Part shown: positions 10,932-24,400 of the stretch, one piece after another
Position numbering within the stretch: position 1 is the stretch's first letter
Layout: each line of letters starts with the position of its first letter
DNA from: Trichosphaerium sp. ATCC 40318
Lineage: Eukaryota > Protista > Tubulinea
Reading direction: 5' to 3'
DNA: 64,000 nt
Assembly (NCBI GenBank): GCA_038496445.1
Contig: JALMLS010000340.1
Location: 69,190-133,189 of the forward strand
Made by a program: the position numbers and the translations under genes
The notes under the pieces: generated by a model
What the model was told of the DNA's origin: nothing
The model's input: only the letters and a program-made list of their open reading frames with translations
The model's database searches: none

Positions 10932-13230
10932 TAAATCTGAGCTTGGAATTGCTGATGTTGTTTTGCTGCAGTTGCAGAGCTGTGGTTTTCTGGCTTATCA
11001 CTCAATGGCTTAACATCAATTTTTGTTTTTTCAATATCTGGCGGTTGTGAGCTGCCAGGAGGCAAGTAAGGTGATGAAGATGGCAAGTCGCTATTGAGCA
11101 TCTTCTAGTTCGTTGTTAGTACGAAAAACTGGAATAAAGAGGTGTTTATGTACCTTTGAATCTGTATCAGGATCGGATATTACTTTGTGTTGTGTTGGAA
11201 TTTGGTCTGCTAGGAGTGTCTTTTTCCTACCAGCGCCACGTGCACCAGGGCGCCTGGATACCTTCTTAGCATTCTTTTTAATGCTGTATTCTCCAAAAGA
11301 GTAACCCTAAAAGCAGTGTCAACACGAAAACATCCCATAAATGTCAAAACATTTAAGACAATTTCTATTATAAAACAGATTTTTTGTATCACGTGTCAAA
11401 GCAAAAAAAACATTTGTAACTTCATTTGAAGTCACCAAGGTGCAAGCGCTTTTATGTACCTTTTGTTGTAAGCCAGTTATAATGCGATTTAGCTTGGCTT
11501 TACTCTCTCCCAGTTTGAACATTGCAGCATCAATGTCGTAATTGCAAACTTGCAAAACGCCATAAATATGTCTGTAAATGACAGCATCGAGTTGAAACTC
11601 CTCCGGATTGTACATTGATGGATTCTTACTACAAGGTGTGAGACAAGTCAAACAAAAAAGAACCCCGTACAGTAAGTCATGCAAATGCTTTGTAATCAAT
11701 TTATCCTTGTTACGGCAATCTGCCTCAAGTTTACGTATACGCAGCTCTTGATCAACAGTTTTCTTCTCAAGATCACCATAATCTTTTGAGAACGAATCAA
11801 TTGTTTGTTGCTGTTCTCGCTCTGTTGCCCATCGCACTGTCATCGATTTTTGTTTAAACTACAACAGGTTGTCAATTGATGGAGATGGCGGAAAAAAAAA
11901 ATAGGATTGAGTAATGAGCAAAGAACAACAGGCTGTGCTCGATAATGTGTAGTACGTACTTCATCTATAATTTTGTTTTGAAGTCTATCTAATACTTTGC
12001 TTGCATCACTGTGAAGGCCAAAAGTGACAACAGCGAAAGGAGCTACAAGCATTCATCAGCATTTTTTTTTTTTTTCAACAGAGAAAATTTAGTCGTGTTA
12101 ACAAAGAAACATACGTGTTTTGGCAACATAAATGTCAACAATATCATCTTCAAGACCAACAGTTCTAATAAGTTTATCAAGTTCCTAGTACACGATGAGT
12201 ATAGAGCGCATAGACAAGCTACACGTACAATCTTTGTCATATCGCCAATATGAAGGAAAATCAGCTTTTTAAAATCAGAAGCAGGACTAATCTTGCATCG
12301 TTGAGCCTATAATACAAAAAGGTAAGCGATAAATGCAAAACCAGAACAAATAAAAATTGTCAAACAGACTGAAAAAAGTACAAAGTGAATGCGACGTACC
12401 TCTACAATTACACCAAAAGGCTTATACTTTTGTTGCATAAGCAACTCGTAGTGTTTTTTTGGTAGATAAACAAATGCATTGGTCCTAAAAATAAGTGATT
12501 AGTCACTACAGCACGTGGATAAACGGTAAAGAAAAAAAAATGAAAAAAATTGCAAAAAAAAAAAAAGAATTTTAGTTTACCTGTAGGCTTGTTTGTATCG
12601 TGTTTGTATAAAGCTAGCGTGGTATGCTTCTAATGTAATTCCTTCCATTGTCATTGCAGCAAACGCTTCTTTAATGGACCTCTCACTGACCATAGATGGA
12701 ACGTTATGTAACAATAGTTTCTTGGCACCCTCTGGAACTCCTTTTGGTCTGCTTGATTGTCGTAAATTACTTGCTGAAACTCTACATAAAGATGTTATTT
12801 AGGGTTAAAAAAATGACTCACTGAGTACAATTTTTTGGTGTTTTTTTTTTGTTTTTTTCAGATTGTTGGAATAAGAAAATTTTTTGTAGACTTCCAAATA
12901 AAACGAAGCTACGCGTATGATATACGTACGCTTTTTGTTGCTTAACCTCAATATCCAGTTTTTTAAATTTATCGGATGCAGCATCGTAAACGTTGGTTGG
13001 TTTAGGTGTGCTCTCAGAGCTGAATTTTTGCTGGTAGTCAGCAGAGAAGAATTGGTCCGGTGACGGAGATTCCTTATTGTTTTTGTAAGCAAAATTGAGT
13101 GTATGTAAGAAAAGGGTATACGACGTCAAGCGTATGCGTGGGACTGGTTGTCCAGTTCGAGTTTTACACCATAAACAAAGCTGCTAAAAAAATTAACTTC
13201 GCACCTCTCGCTTGGCTTTTGCTGGTGCAT
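10932..13230 (-). CDS. Hypothetical multi-exon protein, possibly with a degenerate RRM-like segment; boundaries approximate
   Basis: Chain of open exons separated by GT-AG introns (KKLLLHNVPSMVSERSIKEAF..., coiled-coil DLEKKTVDQELRIRKLE). Confidence 0.45.
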
Positions 13231-13616
13231 TTACATTTTCTACATGGTTGTGAGCGAGGTTCAAGGCAAATTAAGGCAAAAGCGTCGTACCTTTGCCATA
13301 CGTTTCTCTAAAGTCGCGCAGTGTCTCTATAATGCTTGGTCGCGCATTTGTATTACATGTAAAGTGATAAGAGCGCTGAGTTTGTTTATTTACGCAACGC
13401 TTGTTAACAACGGTTACGCTACGCCTAGTTTGCTTATTGTACTTTCGACATTGAGAAGGTGGTCGGAATACAATGATCGCCCTTGCGCGAGTAATAGACG
13501 CTGGCAGAGTATACATAAGAAGCTCGCGCGTGAGTTCAGCCTTACAAGTTGTTTCGTAATTAAGTAAGTTTAAGCAACTGCTATTTGTGCTTCTTGCTGA
13601 TCAAACAGGAGAGTAT

Positions 13617-14967
13617 ATGTCTACAAAGATGTCTGATTGGAATGCCAAGCTTAGGCAGCTTGGTGATGTTTACATGGACATGCAAAATCACCTAGGTGAC
13701 CTGGCTGCACAGCAGGCAGATGCTGTCGCTAGTTTAGAGCAGTTTAAGGAAACAGCTCGACAAGAACGCGCAGCAATGTTAAAACTGTACAAAGAGGAAA
13801 CGAACAAACAAGAGAAGCTACTAGGAGATAAAATTAAGGTAAAACAAATTCTAGAACCAATAACTACAGAATGTCACATTACGAAAACAATAATAACAAG
13901 GGCCCGTCCATAGGCGCTGGAGGATGAAAAAGCGACGCTTTCACAAATCGTTTATGACGTTCCAAAATACGTCACACTAAACGTAGGCACGCACCACGCC
14001 GCGAATGCAGCACTTCTGGAAAAAAAACGTTATGAAAGTTTTTAACATTTTAATTCCCCCTTTGTTTACATCGCTGGGACTTACAATTCTCCAGGAGGGC
14101 GCATTTACAAAACGACGCAAGACACACTTTGTTTACAAGTGCGTACAGCCTTAAAAAGGGGTTATCCTTACAGAAAAACGAGGATACAATGCTCTCGGCC
14201 ATGTTCAGTGGACGCCATGATTTGTCAAAAGACTTAGTGCGTCACATTAGTCCTGTTTCAAAAATAAGCTGATTTCGCGTCTTCCAGGACGAGAACGGGC
14301 ACTACTTTCTTGATAGAGATGGTGATAATTTTAAATATATCCTTGCTTGGCTGCGTTGCAGACATGATGTACCTGAGTTGGAGACAATGGAAGTTGGGCA
14401 GTTACGAAGTCTTCAGATTGAAGCCAATTTTTTTCAAGTGGATTCTCTTAGTCATAAAATCTTTAAGATATTGAAAGAGAGAGAAAAAGGTACGTCCTTG
14501 AACAACACTTTATTATTTTAAAGTAATAATGATTTTTATCAAGGCCCTCATTGCTCTTACGCCCTCCTGGAAGTCAACTTCGAAGCAAATAGTCTTGTGA
14601 AGGGCATGATCGCCAGGTATCTTTTTTGTTGAAAATTGTTTTTTTTGGATTTTTTATTTATTTTTTTACAGTGCTTATTGGCGTGATACGATACCTGAAC
14701 CTACTTTATTGCGTTTGGACTCAACGCCTTCTCGTAAGAATAATACTTTTTTTCCAGTGTACGTACACCAGTTTGGTATAAATGTGAATCTTTAATGACA
14801 TTTTTTTTTCTGTTTTTAGATCAGGTCAACAACCTACAAAGTTCAAATCTTTGACTCAGATTTTTGGAGAGTTGGACGCACTTGGTTGGGAGTTAGTCAC
14901 CAGTGAGCAAATTAGTGTAAGAAATTCAAACGTGTACCATTTTAGAAAAGCACTGGGACGTCAGTAA
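13617..14967 (+). CDS. Coiled-coil + BTB/POZ (KCTD-like) protein
   Basis: VTLNVGGRIYKTTQDTL...DTMLSAMFSGR...DENGHYFLDRDGDNFKYILAWLR...EANFFQV. Confidence 0.9.
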
Positions 14968-15059
14968 TTGAAAAGAGGTACCTGTAACTAATAATAAAAT
15001 CCGAGTTAGCTTTATCATACGTTTGGTTCCTGTTGCTTCCTTTATGAATATCTGGTATT

Positions 15060-15980
15060 AATGATCTTAGCACTAAGTTGTTACGTCTTTTTTGCTCCTT
15101 TAACTTACTGCTTGAAGTGTCATAGGACTGTCAAACATGTTTATTACTCACACTGGTGACTAACTTACAAAGTAATAATAGGCAGTAAACAATAACAATA
15201 GTTTGCTACAAACAACAAGCACATAAACTTTTAGGCATGGCAGGATATTAGAGCTATGAATATGGTAAGCCCAGTGTAATTAACCACAATAAGGCAGTTG
15301 CAGCTGCAAAGACAATAAGACCAACCCATTTTATGACCAAGATCGCAATAAAACCCTGAAAAAGAGGTAAGTTCTGTGTTTTACAATCACCACCTAATCC
15401 TATGATAACACTTGCAAAGATCAATGCCAGTAACAATACAACACAACAACAAACTAAAACCGATTAGCATAATAATAAAACGCGGTAGAATAAAGGAAGA
15501 AACTCAATCCATAAAAAAAATACACGTGGATACGTTCAACTAATTTGGTAAAAAAGGAACTGGTTTTTGTTAGATAGTGCTCTAATGTACCTAGGATTAT
15601 GGTTGATACGGTGCGATATTTCTTTGGCTTAGACAAGTGCTTAGAAGCTATTACTGCTGCGACAGTACCGACTACAAATAATAGTACACTGTCTGCTATC
15701 GTCCATATTGATAGAGATAGACCTAAATCCACTATTTGTCGTGTGCTAGCCACGTGCTAATTTCGCAATTTTATGAAACAAAACACTCTACAACGTACCT
15801 AGAGTTTTACAGTCATCTACAGAAAAATACACAGCGCCAACCACTATTTGTATAGTCGCCAGTAGATAAAAAGGGCTAGCGAAGATAGCGCGATACAATA
15901 CAATAGGTTGGCAGCATGACCTCATCTTACGTTATAGGCGGTTGGAGTGCTTCAAAGAATATGATTGCCATTGACTCCAT
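15060..15980 (-). CDS. Hypothetical multi-pass membrane protein; 3' end uncertain
   Basis: Hydrophobic exons (LLATIQIVVGAVYFSVDDCK, LSLSIWTIADSVLLFVVG, LLALIFASVIIGLGGDCK). Confidence 0.5.
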
Positions 15981-16178
15981 TAGTTCTTGTACAAAAAATG
16001 GTAGGACGTTCCCAAACTAAGGCTTGTTGTACTATATGTATCGCGAAACGTCCTCGACTACAGTAATGTAGTCAAATAAACCAAACAAACAAAAAATGGT
16101 TGTATCGAAGCTATTTATTAGACTACTAGTTTGCAAACTAGTATGTGAATGGAATTAGCACCAAGGAATAGTACAAAA

Positions 16179-17318
16179 TTATGACAAGGCACTGCGTGCT
16201 TGTCTAAACTTATCATCGTCATCTATCATGCCATCTAACTTGTTGTCTTGGAATGCTTTGTAAACTTTTGTAAGTTTATTTTTTTCGTCAAGACTTTCGA
16301 ACATAGCTTTAGGCGTCTTGCCATCACCGTCAGCACAATCAATATCAACACCAGCAGCCAAAAGTATTCCCAAAGAGATTTTCATAGGTCTTGAAACTCT
16401 TCTACTTTCCATCGCACGTGCAAGGACAACATGAAGGCAGTTTTTCCCTGTCTTATCAAGTTTATTGACATCCAATCCGAGATTGTGCTTTTTGTTTAGT
16501 ACCATTATATCACGCACTACGTTATGAGTAGATTGCGATTTATACTCACAATAGAACAGCATTGTCATGCCTTCTTTGTCTGTCCCACCGAAGCCAACTC
16601 CTCCCTCTGCAAAGATTTTAAGCAAAGCAGACTTGTCAACTGGTTTTTGCTTCTGTTTTAAAAAAACTTTCAACACGTGTTGTTGTAGGCTTTGTTTGGC
16701 ATGAGAAATATTCTTTACTTCATCTGAGGCACCTTGCAAGGCTTTGTTAAGGGTTTCGACATCGAATTCATCAATCGCTTTGTTCACCGTGGAGACTAGT
16801 TGTTTTGCTTCTTCGAACTGTTTTGTTCGGTCTGTGCTTATACAGTTTCCTTTAAGATACTTAATTGCAGCAGCATTTTCCATAGCAACGGCATGGTCAA
16901 GAGGTGTTTCCAGGTCTTTGTTTGGCTGCGTAAGCAAATGTGGTGCTTCTTCTTTAACCCAGTCAAGAACGTATTGTGTGACCTAACGTGGGTTTTTAAC
17001 GGGCGGTTAACGGAGATAATAGTTTATTTCTCTTACCTCTGGGTACTCTTCGAACTCAACGCATTGAAATACTATTGAGTTGTTTTTAGTTAGTTCAAGC
17101 GCGGTTACGTCCGCTCCCTGCTCTCGTAGTAATTCGATCATAGGCAAGCGATTATACAATATTCCTGCCCATAATAACGGCTCATCACCCCAGTAGCAGT
17201 CTTTGATCTCTGGATGCTCTGTTAAGAAATCTTTGATACTCCGTTCGAAATACGCTGTGTTATCGAGCTTGCCAAGCTCTATTTCCATTTCGTCCGACAG
17301 ATGCACTGGTTTTGCCAT
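16179..17318 (-). CDS. Ankyrin-repeat protein (1 intron)
   Basis: PLLWAGILYNRLPMIELLREQGADV, ETPLDHAVAMEN, GLDVNKLDKTGKNCLHVV, GVDIDCADGDGKTP. Confidence 0.85.
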
Positions 17319-17628
17319 TTGCGTTGTATTTACAAATGAACTTCCCAAAAAAAGTCTGTTGGTTAAAAATAGCAAAATTGTTGCGGTCCAGCATGGTCAA
17401 ACGACAAGAGTTTGACCATGAGCACCTGTTAATGTCAAAAGTCGACCTATTTCTAGCCGGTGACCGAGTCTACTCAATTGGGGTTTCGGAGGAGCGTAGC
17501 GACTTAGCATGGCTTGTCATTCTTTTGAATCTTTTATGTTAATAACTCAAAGCGTATGTTTAATCGTTTACTAACTTGTTCCGTTTTTTAAAACAAATAT
17601 GGATTATACTTTGTTAACAAGTATTGAG

Positions 17629-19926
17629 TTACAATCCATTGAGTTTAGCGTTGTCCACAGCAATCATTTTTGGAGAGAAGATAGTGACTGTGTCGGGTAA
17701 TTGTAAAAATCTAGGAAGTTTCTGACCAAGCCAAGAATCATGTCTAACACGTGTTTGTCGTAAACTCAACGCATGAAGATTTGTCATTGTCTTAAACACT
17801 TCAAAAGACTTCTCTGTAATATTGTTTCCTTTAAGATCAAGATATCTAACATTCAACCCCATCAAGTAATCAGCTACTATTGAATCTACAAAATATTGGT
17901 AAACGGCACAAAAGGAAAACAAAGTACACTCGATAGAGTGGTGCCACTTGCCTGTTAGGTTACTTTGGCTTAATGTCAGTGCCATTAAGTTTGGTAACGT
18001 AGTAATACTAGATAGAATATGGGGCGTGTCCCTTAGTTTGTATTGTCTAGAGATTGCAACAGTTTGCAACGAAGTGACCCCTTGATTAAGTCAGAAACTG
18101 TTTTCAAACAAGACGTACTTGATAAATGTTCTAGAGAATTTACTTTAGAACATCCAAGAATTAATAGAGACTTGAGTACAGGCAAATTCGCATTAGATAA
18201 AAAATGAGTAAGCAACAACTAATGTAATGTCAGTTAAAGCAAAAGTCAGAGTAAGTACTGATAACTTACAGAGTTACAATAGCTCATGTCTACTGTTTCA
18301 AGGTGTAGTGATTGTGCTGGGTATAATGTTGGATTCACAAGCTTGCTACATTGTTTGGCTGTAAGTGACCTAATACAGTTATGTCCGCGGATATACAATC
18401 CAGCACTGGGTGTACGTTAAGCAAGTGCTCAATGTCGAAAACATGAGGTCGTCAACATTGGTGCCTGATACGTTGAGAGATGTAAGTTGAGGAAAAGGAG
18501 GGATGTATGCCAATTGTTTGTTCTCTTTCACACTAAGAGTTTTCAAGTTTGTGAATCCTCTCAAAGCGGCACTATGACGGATTGATAACTTGGTGTTACT
18601 CAAATCCAACTCAACCAATTGACTACCAAGCTAAGATAGCTGTCAATGATAAGACTAAGGATGTAGTGTACTCTTTCTGAAACAGCTTGGAGTACATCAA
18701 CAACAACAAGCTTACATCCAGCCATATTCAAGTGTGTCAAGTTCTGTAGTGTAGCTGCGTATGTTTTAGATGATTGGCAAGCCGTTCAATCAACTTTACG
18801 TACCTAATGCGTTTGCTTGCCAATTGGCGAGAAGTAGTGCTGAAGGGCAATACCCAAGGTTCAAATGCGTCAATTCTTGGAGCTTTGTTATGTGTTGAAG
18901 AAGTGATCGCTTAGGGTTAACGTCTTGGAGTGAAAGGCGCTTCAGCCGTGTCATTTTGGAGCAAAAATCAGCTATCCAGTCATCAGAACGGAAAAGATTA
19001 TACTCAGAATTCAGGTTGAGAGCGCTAAATACACAATAAATATTTTTATGAGCAGAAAATTGTACGTTAAATTAGATAGTCTAACCAACGACTTTACTTC
19101 TCTAGTTTTCATAGGTGGTGATAAGTGACACAATTCTAATGTTTCAATAGTCATAGATAAACCAGTGAAGAACTCTTCATAAATTATGGATTTTGTAAAT
19201 CCAAGCTATTTGTTTTGTTATTTTTAGGTATATAAAGATATCGAATGATCACGTGCGTACTTTCAGAGTTTTGAGTTTCTTTAGGGAGCTGAATAAATAT
19301 GACGGTTGCTCTCTGTGTATCTTACTACACTATTTATATGTCAACAATTATGAAGGAGAAGAGATAGCAGCAAAGATGAGAGAACGTACAGTTAAGTCCA
19401 AATGTGTCAAATTTGATTGCAAGTGAATAAAATTTAAACCCTTCTCTGTAATACCACAAGACTTTAATATCTATGAAATCTTGGTCAAAAGAGACAGTAC
19501 AGTAGGAGAGCTTCAGTATGTTTTTGTAGGTACCAAAGTGTCAAGATTTGGAAGTGGCAAGTGGAGAATTGTTCGTAGGTTTCTGATACGTTTAGAACAC
19601 TAAAGACCATGTGGTAGTACCTGTCTCGTATTATAGAGTTCCATGGGGTGGTAGAAAAGTCCTGAATATTGTAAGGTCTTTTAGATGCGTTAAAATATGT
19701 ACCAAACGCGTAATATATCGATAACAAGCGTTTTGCGCTTGTTTAGAGCAAATACATATCAAAAGCTGTGAAATTGTCGTAAGATGTGCAAAAATCTCCT
19801 GTATCATATCTCGTGGTAAGTGTAAGAACCCAAAAGCTGTGTTTACAGCATCTACTTTAATTTAGCTAACTATGCAGGCTTCTGATGTGTACCATCGAGC
19901 CTGCGTTTTATTTGAAGGGTTGTCAT
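17629..19926 (-). CDS. F-box + RNI-like leucine-rich repeat protein (multi-exon)
   Basis: N-terminal FLHLPRDMIQEIFAHL followed by many LxxLxLS repeats (LVELDLSNTKL, LTSLNVSGTNV, VRYLDLKGNNIT). Confidence 0.8.
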
Positions 19927-20088
19927 GAACGTCAAAAAGGCAGACACTGGCCGACAGTTGATTCGTGATGTAATAAACCTGATAAAGTCTAGCACATCAA
20001 GTCAACGCTATTCAGCACGTTCTGTTAAAAACACTTTTATTTCCTAACCACTTGTACTTTGCGCTTTGGCATTCGCAAAACTACACGA

Positions 20089-21158
20089 ATGAGCGAGGAT
20101 TACACTATTTTAATACAAGTTGTACCACCGTTATTAGTTGACGAACTGAAACCTTTATTTCCTTTGAAAGTATCCAAGGATGCTACGTTTGAGTGGCTTG
20201 AAGATGAAATACCACCACTCATAAAGAAAAACACCACCCGTGACCTTGATGTAGAGGAGTTTAAGTTATTTACAAAAGGTACGTGCACCCTACGCAGTTG
20301 ATTGCTTCTAACTCTGTTCTGAAGGGCATCCACGAGATTTCGATGACAACGTTCGAAAATGGGTACCACATGGAGGTGTAGTGCACTTTGTCATGCTTTG
20401 TGAACCTCAAACAGACGATTGGATCTATCAAAGCGTAAAAAATGATCACGTGTTTGAAGGTAAGTCGCTGGGTTTTTTTTTGTTGAGTGAAGAGCTGTGC
20501 TAACCCATCATTTGTTGAGACGATTGGATTAATAGTAATGCATATGGTGATGCTGATGCTATGAGTAAGCTACTGACAACGAAGAAAGTTACGCCGCACA
20601 GCAGAGACAAATCAAAGAGAACAATGTTGCATCAGGCGATTGACAATCCCAATGAGGTTGTGTGGGATATGCTATGGAAGGCTGGGTTTGATCTCGACGC
20701 AACAGATGACCAAGGAAATACAGCACTACATAATTGTGCAAAATGGGGGTTGAGAAAACCTGTGAAATGGTTGATTAGACACGGAGCTTCGTGGACCATA
20801 CGGTACTAAAAACCGATGTGGAAAATTTGAAAGTCTAAAGTGGTACTAGGAATAACTCATTTATGACACCTCTTGAACAAGCATGTGCTTCAAAATGGCG
20901 AGGCGAACTAGACGTTACAGGGGTAAGAATAAATCCCAATCTATAGGATCAGCATCGGCTACATTTAGCACGCTGAATGTTGTTATTGACATTGTAATTT
21001 CAAGTCGCTCACTAGTTTACTAGGTGATTATAACGGAAATCATAAAGCAGACATATTGGGTGAGAAGAAGGCTCCTGATTTTGTGTAAATGGTCGGGAGA
21101 TCCTTTTCTAAATAGTTTACCTAATGAACTATTTGTTCATATTGCACGATTCATGTGA
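20089..21158 (+). CDS. Ankyrin protein with possible N-terminal ubiquitin-like fold and C-terminal F-box-like motif
   Basis: RTMLHQAID..., GFDLDATDDQGNTALHNCAKWG; last exon WVRRRLLILCKWSGDPFLNSLPNELFVHIARFM*. Confidence 0.8.
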
Positions 21159-21428
21159 AATGATTCCTTTTGTATGAATCTGTATACTACTTGCTATTAA
21201 CAATTTACTCATAAATGTACATTACAGCCACTCATTTTATGGTTTGACTATCTTTTTGAATACACTGCGCAGTTTAGGACATCATTACCACAAAGCTATG
21301 AAGTGAGTGCTACACTAATTCATCGGGAACTAACCGATCTTGTGGTGATTTTTATGGATTTTTTTTTGGTCCCACTAACTTACGGCATTGTTTTGAACAA
21401 TTTTAGTTTATTTATACAGTATGACAAG

Positions 21429-24400
21429 TTAGCGCATTGAAGCGTCATTAAATATCTTGTCTATCATGGAACTTAAATCACGTGTTTGTTGTTCATCTTT
21501 ACATATAATATTCATGACATTTGCTGTTGTTGTACGTTTAATTACAATCCTGGGATTATGATAATCATCAATCACAACAAACACTTTTGAAATATCTGAT
21601 ATTGATAGCAAAAAAGTTAGTAAGAAATAACAAAGGGTGGGAGCACTTCAGCCAAGAACGTGATAAGAGCGTACCTTGTAATAAAACAAAATCCCTTACG
21701 TTCTTCCCTCGAATTACAGCTACCATCTTGTCCGCTATAATGAGGACTTCGTCTAAAAAAAACAATAAGAAAACAATCATCTGGCATTCATTCGAACAAA
21801 AACTACGTACTCAAACCAACGTTTTCGTGATGTATATAGCGATAGTTAATAAAGCTTCTATCTTTTACAGTGTGTAGTAGACGTTGTCCGACTGCTTTAC
21901 CAGCAGAAAATCCCTGCTCATAGTTAAATAAAAGACCAGTTGTAGAACAATGCAAGTACCATTAAGTCACCGTAAATACCGAACACTCTTGGATCTCTTT
22001 TTCTATCGGGTACCTTTGCTGAAACGTGGCTAGCTACTCCAGCAGTTGTTCTACTAGCTAAGTCTAGAACACCAACTGTAGGTCTGACAACAACGCTAAA
22101 AATCCATCAGAAAGACAACCTAAGATAACAAAAAACCAATCAATTTACCCAACGACGCCTCTTCCAACGCCTTTCACAAAACCTCCAACACCTTCTTTCA
22201 TAGCTCCCTAATACATATGTTAGTATAATATCTAGTCGATATGTTGTACCTTGACAGGTTGTGTAACTATACCAGTAACACCATGGAACAAGCCAACACC
22301 CTAGTTCAATCAATAAATAAAAACAAACCAACTTTTTTCTTAAGAAAAACAACATACCAGATCACGCATGCCAAGTCCAAGCCCGAACAGAGCGTTAGAT
22401 GGTTTTTCGTGTTGCATTCTATCACGTCTAGATTTTTGATAGTCCTTATCCATCGATAATAAAGCAACACCACTACCAACACTTCCAGTGATTTTAGATA
22501 CACTATTAGAAACGCCTAATCAGATCGTCAGTATCCTCAAAAAAAAAAGACTACAACTGAACGCGTACCAGAAACAGTATTCTTAATGAGACTTGCTGAT
22601 CCTTTACCAACACCTTTAAAAAACTCCTCAGGACCAAGCTAAATAATTGGTGAGTACAACCAAGAAAAAAAAAACCGAAGTGAAAACAAAATCGTACTGT
22701 TATGCCTTTTGCTGGTTCATAAAAGAAGTCGTGGACACCAGTACCTAGTAAACCATGTTAGTCATTTTCTACAAAGCAAGATACGCACCAAGAGTACTGA
22801 CAAAATTAACTGGATTTCCAAGAATATCCATAGAACCAAAAATCTTGTAGATTTGTTTTGTTGCTTGTTTTTTGTAATGTTGCCAAATTCTATCAAAAAA
22901 GTCTTGACGTGTAGAAAAAGCGTTCTCGAACATTAAACCTAACAACCCAATCATCAGTATGTGCACTTTAGATAAAACCAGAAAGAGTAGATTCTTACCA
23001 TTAAGGAGAAGTGGCGCTTGATCAATGTTTGGTGTGAGACCTTCAGGCAAAGCAAGGAACGCAGCTGTGCTAGTTGTCCTGTTTTACCAGCCGTTAGAAA
23101 TTATTTTCTTTTACTAATGAAGGGAGTAACATACTTGAAGGTTTCATCATCGCTGTCTCCTTTGCGTGCAAGAAAACTTATGTTTACCTTACAAGGGTTA
23201 AGATGCCACATCTTTGTGTATATCAGCTTCGAAGCATCATCGCTGTCTGTCTCAGCAAGGGTTAAAATGTTGCTATTTAGAATACAATAAGTATAAAGTC
23301 CAAGTATAATGTTCAGTGTTGTACAATTCTTTCTGCCCATCTCCTGAGTCATCTGTATCATTTAGACTATCCATAGATAAATCAATAAAACTTAAGAATT
23401 TAATGAGAAGTTCTTCATCAATGTTGACTTTTACTTCACGTAAGAGCATTGAAAAGTATTCAATATAGTCCATGTTTTTATCTTAGACACAAAGTTAAGG
23501 ACAAAGAGCCACAAAAATGGCGTTTGAAAAAATAAAAAAGGATTAAATTTGCTAGGATACAGTCTTTTGATCTTATGATAGAAAGCTTAAAGAACTTTTT
23601 AGGTTCAGGAGCATTTGAATACATAAGAACCTTGTACGGTGTACTGACAAGCTGGTTATCAATCTATTATTTTAAACAAGGTTTAGTGGTTGGGATGTAT
23701 CATAATTTAGTTTTACCTGACAATCTTTGATGTCAATCTCTAATGTTTGTTTGTCATTGTAGCTTCGGAACATCATAATGAATCCAATCAGTGAGAGGTA
23801 TATAAGCTCTTCTGGCTGATCATTAATCAATGACAGTCCCATACCCTTGAAGTGCAAGTTGACGCTCCACTTCTCAGTAGACTTTAAACATCAAAGAGTT
23901 AGGTCCAAACTCAAAAAGTACTTCACAGCTTGACGTACGATTGGCTTAAATCCTTCAACTGCCTCAATAGGCTTCATGATTTGAATGATATGTGTGACTT
24001 TATCGATAATGACACGAATCTGGCTTGTTCTTCTTGTACCACTTTTGTCCTAAGTGTTCCTTGTCAGAACGTGCATGATCACTAGCTAGTAACGTACAAT
24101 ATACTCTACAACTTTATCTGTATTCTCAACAACATCAGCGGCTACTTCAACAAGAGAGCTGTCAGGAAATTGCAATCTAACAGATTGTTAAAATAGACTC
24201 TTTAAGTTCAAACTGTAGTACACAAGGATACGCTCTCCAAGAGGATTCGCCCATGCCCAAGGAATGCTAGCCCATGGAGGTATAGACTCGCCAGTATCAG
24301 CGTTCTAACAAGGATAACGTTATTAAGAAAAAGGGTGAAGCAGGAGTTGTGCCTTTTGCCATGCTTTTAGACTGCAATTGTTCAAATTGTTTATCTTGTA

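Noticed and set aside
17430-17530. GC-richer intergenic stretch as a possible snRNA or snoRNA
   Set aside because: No recognisable Sm site, C/D or H/ACA boxes; would need an Rfam scan.
24178-24231. Second apparent U12 donor GTATCCTT in VPS13
   Set aside because: Frame requires the donor 9 nt further on (GT|GTACTA); GTATCCTT is coding (GERILV) and there is no TCCTTAAC branch site.
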